DNA of 32,724 nucleotides, taken from NCBI RefSeq assembly GCF_964204645.1, contig NC_134036.1, positions 11,515,763-11,548,486 on the forward strand. Reading direction: 5' to 3'. Below are positions 24,980-32,724 of the stretch, one piece after another; position 1 is the first letter of the stretch, and every line of letters begins with the position of its first letter. The position numbers and the translations under genes were made by a program. Below the pieces are notes generated by a model, which saw nothing but the letters and a program-made list of their open reading frames with translations, did not search any database and was not told where the DNA came from. Origin of the DNA: Tubulanus polymorphus. Taxonomy: Eukaryota; Animalia; Nemertea.

Positions 24980-26490
24980 GAACTACCACCGCCGGCACAC
25001 TGACGAACGAACGGACGACCGACCTACTGCCTCCCTCCCTCCCTTCCTGACCGGTGCCGGGTCGTAACGCTGTTCATGGCCCGGTCAGCACTTAGTCGTT
25101 TTTCGAACAGCAACCGCCGACACACTGACTAACGGGCGGACGACGGACCTACTGCCTCCCTGCCTCCCTCCCTCACTGCACCGGGTCGTAACGCTGATCA
25201 AGGCCCGGTCAGCACTTAGTCGTTTTTCGAACTACCACCGCCGGCACACTGACGAACGAACGGACGACCGACCTACTGCCACCCTCCCTCCCTTCCTGAC
25301 CGGTGCCGGGTCGTAACGCTGTGCATGGCCCGGTCAGCACTTAGTCGTTTTTCGAACAACCACCGCCGGCACACTGACGACTGGACGGACGACCGACCTA
25401 CTGCCTCCCTCCCTCCCTTCCTGACCGGTGCCGGGTCGTAACGCTGTTCATGGCCCGGTCAGCACTTAGTCGTTTTTCGAACAGCAACCGCCGACACACT
25501 GACTAACGGGCGGACGACGGACCTACTGCCTCCCTCCCTCCCTCCCTCACTGCACCGGGTCGTAACGCTGATCAAGGCCCGGTCAGCACTTAGTCGTTTT
25601 TCGAACTACCACCGCCGGCACTCTGACGAACGAACGGACGACCGACCTACTGCCACCCTCCCTCCCTTCCTGACCGGTGCCGGGTCGTAACGCTGTTTAT
25701 GGCCCGGTCAGCACCTAGTCGTTTTTCGAACTACCACCGCCGGCACACTGACGAACGAACGGACGACCGACCTACTGCCTCCCTCCCTCCCTTCCTGACC
25801 GGTGCCGGGTCGTAACGCTGTTCATGGCCCGGTCAGCACTTAGTCGTTTTTCGAACAGCAACCGCCGACACACTGACTAACGGGCGGACGACGGACCTAC
25901 TGCCTCCCTGCCTCCCTCCCTCACTGCACCGGGTCGTAACGCTGATCAAGGCCCGGTCAGCACTTAGTCGTTTTTCGAACTACCACCGCCGGCACACTGA
26001 CGAACGAACGGACGACCGACCTACTGCCACCCTCCCTCCCTTCCTGACCGGTGCCGGGTCGTAACGCTGTGCATGGCCCGGTCAGCACTTAGTCGTTTTT
26101 CGAACAACCACCGCCGGCACACTGACGACTGGACGGACGACCGACCTACTGCCTCCCTCCCTCCCTTCCTGACCGGTGCCGGGTCGTAACGCTGTTCATG
26201 GCCCGGTCAGCACTTAGTCGTTTTTCGAACAGCAACCGCCGACACACTGACTAACGGGCGGACGACGGACCTACTGCCTCCCTCCCTCCCTCCCTCACTG
26301 CACCGGGTCGTAACGCTGATCAAGGCCCGGTCAGCACTTAGTCGTTTTTCGAACTACCACCGCCGGCACTCTGACGAACGAACGGACGACCGACCTACTG
26401 CCACCCTCCCTCCCTTCCTGACCGGTGCCGGGTCGTAACGCTGTTTATGGCCCGGTCAGCACCTAGTCGTTTTTCGAACTACCACCGCCG
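24980..26490. repeat. Tandem duplication of a 6-monomer, 748-bp unit built from a 374-bp trimer
   Basis: AACAGCAACC at 25106, 25480, 25854 and 26228 (period 374). CTGTTTATGG at 25693/26441 and TGCCTCCC at 25161/25909 (period 748). Ends approximate. Confidence 0.88.
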
Positions 26491-28631
26491 GCACACTGAC
26501 AAAGGATGGACGACCGACCTACTACCTCCCTCCCTCCCTCCCTGACCAGCACCGGGTCGTAACGCTGATTAAGGCCCGGTCAGCCCTTAGTCGTTTTTCG
26601 AACAACCACCGCCGGCACACTGACGAACGGACGGACGACCGACCTACTGCCTCCCTCCCTCCCTCACTGCACCGGGTCGTAACGCTGATCAAGGCCCGGT
26701 CAGCACTTAGTCGTTTTTCGAACTACCACCGCCGGCACACTGACGAACGGATGGACGACCGACCTACTGCCTCCCTCCCTCCCTCCCTCCCTGACCAGCG
26801 CCGGGTCGTAACGCTGATTAAGGCCCGGTCAGCCCTTAGTCGTTTTTCGAACAACCATTACTGCCGGCACACCGACAAACGGACGGACGACCGACCTACT
26901 GCCTCCCTCCCTCCCTCACTGCTCCGGGTCGTAACGCTGATCAAGGCCCGGTCAGCACTTAGTCGTTTTTCGAACAACCACCGCCGGCACACTGACGAAC
27001 GGACGGACGACCGACCTACTGCCTCCCTCCCTCCCTCACTGCTCCGGGTCGTAACGCTGATCAAGGCCCGGTCAGCACTTAGTCGTTTTTCGAACAACCA
27101 CCGCCGGCACACTGACGAACGGACGGACGACCGACCTACTGCCTCCCTCCCTCCCTCCCTGACCGGTGCCGGGTCGTAACGCTGATTAAGGCCCGGTCAG
27201 CACTTAGTCGTTTTTCGAACAACCACCGCCGGCACACTGACGAACGGATGGACGACCGACCTACTGCCTCCCTCCCTCCCTCACAGCACCGGGTCGTAAC
27301 GCTGATCAAGGCCCGGTCAGCACTTAGTCGTTTTTCGAACAACCACCGCCGGCACACTGACGAACGGACGGACGACCGACCTACTGCCACCCTCCCTCCC
27401 TTCCTGACCGGTGCCGGGCCGTAACGCTGTTCATGGCCCGGTCAGCACTTAGTCGTTTTTCGAACAACAACCGCCGACACACTGACTAACGGGCGGACGA
27501 CTGTCCTAGTGCCTCCCTCCCTCCCTCACTGCACCGGGTCGTAACGCTGATCATGGCCCGGTCAGCACTTAGTCGTTTTTCGAACAACCACCGCCGGCAC
27601 ACTGACGACCGGACGGACGACCGACCTACTGCCTCCCTCCCTCCCTCACTGCACCGGGTCGTAACGCTGATCTAGGCCCGGTCAGCACTTAGTCGTTTTT
27701 CGAACTACCACCGCCGGCACACTGACGAACGGATGGACGACCGACCTACTGCCTCCCTCCCTCCCGCCCTGACCAGCGCCGGGTCGTAACGCTGATCAAG
27801 GCCCGGTCAGCCCTTAGTCATTTTTCGAACAACCATCACTGCCGGCACACTGACAAACGGACGGACGACCGACCTAGTGCCTCCCTCCCTCCTTCAATGC
27901 TCCGGGTCGTAACGCTGATCAAGGCCCGGTCAGCACTTAGTCGTTTTTCGAACTACCACCGCCGGCACAATGACGAACGGACGGACGACCGACCTACTGC
28001 CTCCCTCCCTCCCTCCCTGACCGGTGCCGGGTCGTAACGCTGATCAAGGCCCGGTCAGCACTTAGTCGTTTTTCGAACAACCACCGCCGGCACACTGACG
28101 AACGAACGGACGACCGACCTACTGCCACCCTCCCTCCCTTCCTGACCGGTGCCGGGTCGTAACGCTGTTCATGGCCCGGTCAGCACTTAGTCGTTTTTCG
28201 AACAACAACCGCCGACACACTGACTAACGGGCGGAGGACTGTCCTAGTGCCTCCCTCCCTCCCTCACTGCACCGGGTCGTAACGCTGATCATGGCCCGGT
28301 CAGCACTTAGTCGTTTTTCGAACAACCACCGCCGGCACACTGACGAACGGATGGACGACCGACCTACTGCCTCCCTCCCTCCCTCCCTCACTGCACCGGG
28401 TCGTAACGCTGATCAAGGCCCGGTCAGCACTTGGTCGTTTTTCGAACAACCACCGCCGGCACACTGACGAACGGACGGACGACCGACCTACTGCCTCCCT
28501 CCCTCCCTCACTGCACCGGGTCGTAACGCTGATCAAGGCCCGGTCAGCACTTAGTCGTTTTTCGAACTACAACCGCCGGCTCACTGACGAACGGATGGAC
28601 GACCGACCTACTGCCTCCCTCCCTCCCTCAC

Positions 28632-31600
28632 TGCTCCGGGTCGTAACGCTGATCAAGGCCCGGACAGCACTTAGTCGTTTTTCGAACAACCACCAGCGGC
28701 ACACTGGCGAACGGACGGACGACCGACCTACTGCCTCCCTCCCTCCCTCACTGCTCCGGGTCGTAACGCTGATCAAGGCCCGGTCAGCACTTAGTCGTTT
28801 TTCGAACAACCACCGCCGGCACACTGACGAACGGACGGACGACCGACCTACTGCCTCCCTCCCTCCCTCACTGCACCGGGTCGTAACGCTGATCAAGGCC
28901 CGGTCAGCACTTAGTCGTTTTTCGAACAACCACCGCCGGCACACTGACGAACGGACGGACGACCGACCTACTGCCTCCCTCCCTCCCTCACTGCACCGGG
29001 TCGTAACGCTGATCAAGGCCCGGTCAGCACTTAGTCGTTTTTCGAACAACCACCGCCGGCACACTGGCGAACGGACGGACGACCGACCTACTGCCTCCCT
29101 CCCTCCCTCACTGCTCCGGGTCGTAACGCTGATCAAGGCCCGGTCAGCACTTAGTCGTTTTTCGAACTACTACCGCCGGCACACTGACGAACGGATGGAC
29201 GACCGACCTACTGCCTCCCTTCCTCCCTCCCTCACTGCACCGGGTCGTAACGCTGATCAAGACCCGGTCAGCACTTAGTCGTTTTTCGAACAACCACCGC
29301 CGGCACACTGACGAACGGACGGACGACCGACCTACTGCCTCCCTCCCTCCCTCACTGCACCGGGTCGCAACGCTGATCAAGGCCCGGTCAGCACTTAGTC
29401 GTTTTTCGAACAACCACCAGCGGCACACTGGCGAACGGACGGACGACCGACCTACTGCCTCCCTCCCTCCCTCACTGCTCCGGGTCGTAACGCTGATCAA
29501 GGCCCGGTCAGCACTTAGTCGTTTTTCGAACAACCACCGCCGGCACACTGACGAACGGACGGACGACCGACCTACTGCCTCCCTCCCTCCCTCACTGCAC
29601 CGGGTCGTAACGCTGATCAAGGCCCGGTCAGCACTTAGTCGTTTTTCGAACAACCACCGCCGGCACACTGACGAACGGACGGACGACCGACCTACTGCCT
29701 CCCTCCCTCCCTCACTGCACCGGGTCGTAACGCTGATCAAGGCCCGGTCAGCACTTAGTCGTTTTTCGAACAACCACCAGCGGCACACTGGCGAACGGAC
29801 GGACGACTGACCTACTGCCTCCCTCCCTCCCTCAATGCTCCGGGTCGTAACGCTGATCAAGGCCCGGTCAGCACTTAGTCGTTTTTCGAACAACCACCGC
29901 CGGCACACTGGCGAACGGACGGACGACCGACCTACTGCCTCCCTCCCTCCCTCACTGCTCCGGGTCGTAACGCTGATCAAGGCCCGGTCAGCACTTAGTC
30001 GTTTTTCGAACAACCACCGCCGGCACACTGACGAACGGATGGACGACCGACCTACTGCCTCCCTCCCTCCCTCCCTCCCTCCCTCACAGCACCGGGTCGT
30101 AACGCTGATCAAGGCCCGGTCAGCACTTAGTCGTTTTTCGAACAACCAACTCTGCCGGCATACTGACGAACGGACGGACGACCGACCTACTGTCCCCCTC
30201 CCTCCCACACCGCTCCGGGTCGTAACGCAGATCAAGGCCCGGTCAGCACTTAGTCGTTTTTCGAACAACCACCAGCGGCACACTGGCGAACGGACGGACG
30301 ACCGACCTACTGCCTCCCTCCCTCCCTCACTGCTCCGGGTCGTAACGCTGATCAAGGCCCGGTCAGCACTTAGTCGTTTTTCGAACAACCACCGCCGGCA
30401 CACTGACGAACGGATGGACGACCGACCGACTGCCTCCCTCCCTCCCTCCCTCCCTCACAGCACCGGGTCGTAACGCTGATCAAGGCCCGGTCAGCACTTA
30501 GTCGTTTTTCGAACAACCAACTCTGCCGGCACACTGACGAACGGACGGACGACCGACCTACTGTCCCCCTCCCTCCCACACCGCTCCGGGTCGTAACGCT
30601 GATCAAGGCCCGGTCAGCACTTAGTCGTTTTTCGAACAACCACCAGCGGCACACTGGCGAACGGACGGACGACCGACCTACTGCCTCCCTCCCTCCCTCA
30701 CTGCTCCGGGTCGTAACGCTGATCAAGGCCCGGTCAGCACTTAGTCGTTTTTCGAACAACCACCGCCGGCACACTGACGAACGGACGGACGACCGACCTA
30801 CTGCCTCCCTCCCTCCCTCACTGCTCCGGGTCGTAACGCTGATCAAGGCCCGGTCAGCACTTAGTCGTTTTTCGAACAACCACCGCCGGCACACTGACGA
30901 ACGGATGGACGACCGACCTACTGCCTCCCTCCCTCCCTCCCTCCCTCCCTCCCTCACAGCACCGGGTCGTAACGCTGATCAAGGCCCGGTCAGCACTTAG
31001 TCGTTTTTCGAACAACCAACTCTGCCGGCACACTGACGAACGGACGGACGACCGACCTACTGTCCCCCTCCCTCCCACACCGCTCCGGGTCGTAACGCAG
31101 ATCAAGGCCCGGTCAGCACTTAGTCGTTTTTCGAACAACCACCAACGGCACACTGGCGAACGGACGGACGACCGACCTACTGCCTCCCTCCCTCCCTCAC
31201 TGCTCCGGGTCGTAACGCTGATCAAGGCCCGGTCAGCACTTAGTCGTTTTTCGAACAACCACCGCCGGCACACTGACGAACGGATGGACGACCGACCTAC
31301 TGCCTCCCTCCCTCCCTCCCTCCCTCACAGCACCGGGTCGTAACGCTGATCAAGGCCCGGTCAGCACTTAGTCGTTTTTCGAACAACCAACTCTGCCGGC
31401 ACACTGACGAACGGACGGACGACCGACCTACTGTCCCCCTCCCTCCCAAACCGCTCCGGGTCGTAACGCAGATCAAGGCCCGGTCAGCACTTAGTCGTTT
31501 TTCGAACAACCACCAGCGGCACACTGGCGAACGGACGGACGACCGACCTACTGCCTCCCTCCCTCCCTCCCTGCTCCGGGTCGTAACGCTGATCAAGGCC

Positions 31601-32724
31601 CGGTCAGCACTTAGTCGTTTTTCGAACAACCACCGCCGGCACACTGACGAATGGACGGACGACCGACCTACTGCCTCCCTCCCTCCCTCCCTCACTGCAC
31701 CGGGTCGTAACGCTGATCAAGGCCCGGTCAGCACTTAGTCGTTTTTCGAACTACCACCGCCGGCACACTGACGAACGGATGGACGACCGACCTACTGCCT
31801 CCCTCCCTCCCGCCCTGACCGGTGCCGGGTCGTAACGCTGATCAAGGCCCGGTCAGCACTTAGTCGTTTTTCGAACAACCATCGCCGGCACACTGACGAA
31901 CGGACGGACGACCGACCTACTGCCTCCCTCCCTCCCTCACTGCACCGGGTCGTAACGCTGATCAAGGCCCGGTCAGCACTTAGTCGTTTTTCGAACTACC
32001 ACCGCCGGCACACTGACGAACGAACGGACGACCGACCTACTGCCTCCCTCCCTCCCTCAATGCTCCGGGTCGTAACGCTGATCAAGGCCCGGTCAGCACT
32101 TAGTCGTTTTTCGAACAACCACCGCCGGCACACTGACGAACGGACGGACGACCGACCTACTGCCTCCCTCCCTCCCTCCCTGACCGGTGCCGGGTAGTAA
32201 CGCTGATTAAGGCCCCGTCAGCACTTAGTCGTTTTTCGAACAACCACCGCCGGCACACTGACGAACGGACGGACAACCGACCTACTGCCACCCTCCCTCC
32301 CTTCCTGACCGGTGCCGGGCCGTAACGCTGTTCATGGCCCGGTCAGCACTTAGTCGTTTTTCGAACAACAACCGCCGACACACTGACTAACGGGCGGACG
32401 ACTGTCCTAGTGCCTCCCTCCCTCCCTCACTGCACCGGGCCGTAACGCTGTTCATGGCCCGGTCAGCACTTAGTCGTTTTTCGAACAACAACCGCCGACA
32501 CACTGACTAACGGGCGGACGACTGTCCTAGTGCCTCCCTCCCTCCCTCACTGCTCCGGGTCGTAACGCTGATTAAGGCCCCGTCAGCACTTAGTCGTTTT
32601 TCGAACAACCACCGCCGGCACACTGACGAACGGACGGACGACCGACCTACTGCCACCCTCCCTCCCTTCCTGACCGGTGCCGGGCCGTAACGCTGTTCAT
32701 GGCCCGGTCAGCACTTAGTCGTTT
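28632..32724. repeat. Higher-order block B, copy 2 (runs off the window end)
   Basis: Same variant order as 10905-15005. The ORF pair 11417-12676 and 29144-30403 has identical length. Confidence 0.9.

Larger units (their letters stand above)
1..32724. repeat. Tandem satellite array of a ~120-bp GC-rich monomer (length variants mostly 120, 123-126 and 128 bp, up to 148), ~265-270 copies, single orientation, truncated by both window edges
   Basis: The core GGCCCGGTCAGCACTTAGTCGTTTTTCGAAC and CCGGGTCGTAACGCTG recur every ~120-128 bp from the first to the last line, with no intervening unique DNA. Plain monomer at 6481-6600. Confidence 0.99.

Noticed and set aside
701-31695. Many ORFs on both strands encoding 40-aa repeats (ISVTTRCSEGGREAVG... 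and RVVTLIKARSALSRF...)
   Set aside because: These are a by-product of a 120-bp GC-rich unit with one stop-free frame per strand. Frequent +4, +5 and +8 bp monomers shift the frame freely, and there are no unique termini or recognisable domains.
1-32724. CRISPR-like regular periodicity
   Set aside because: There are no unique spacers, since the whole unit is repeated, and there are no cas genes or leader.

Overview
The whole 32.7-kb window is one uninterrupted head-to-tail tandem array of a ~120-bp GC-rich monomer (about 265-270 copies, all in the same orientation, running off both ends). I found no unique sequence, gene, RNA gene or transposon. Representative monomer (6481-6600): CTGCACCGGGTCGTAACGCTGATCAAGGCCCGGTCAGCACTTAGTCGTTTTTCGAACAACCACCGCCGGCACACTGACGAACGGACGGACGACCGACCTACTGCCTCCCTCCCTCCCTCA. 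By hand count it is 62% GC (C47/G27/A25/T21) with 13 CpG. The listed ORFs are artefacts of the 120-bp (40-codon) period. The interesting content is internal: (1) distinct monomer subtypes arranged in nested higher-order repeats with periods of 364/371/374, 748, 1246, ~5270 and ~9930 bp, plus a 17.7-kb-offset block copy; (2) a microhomology-flanked 17-bp deletion at a block boundary; (3) a hypervariable (CCCT)n tract able to form G4/i-motif structures; (4) a quasi-palindrome in each monomer that is improved by several linked substitutions. It most resembles eukaryotic satellite DNA or an expanded rDNA-spacer-type subrepeat array. I cannot identify the organism or family from the sequence alone.
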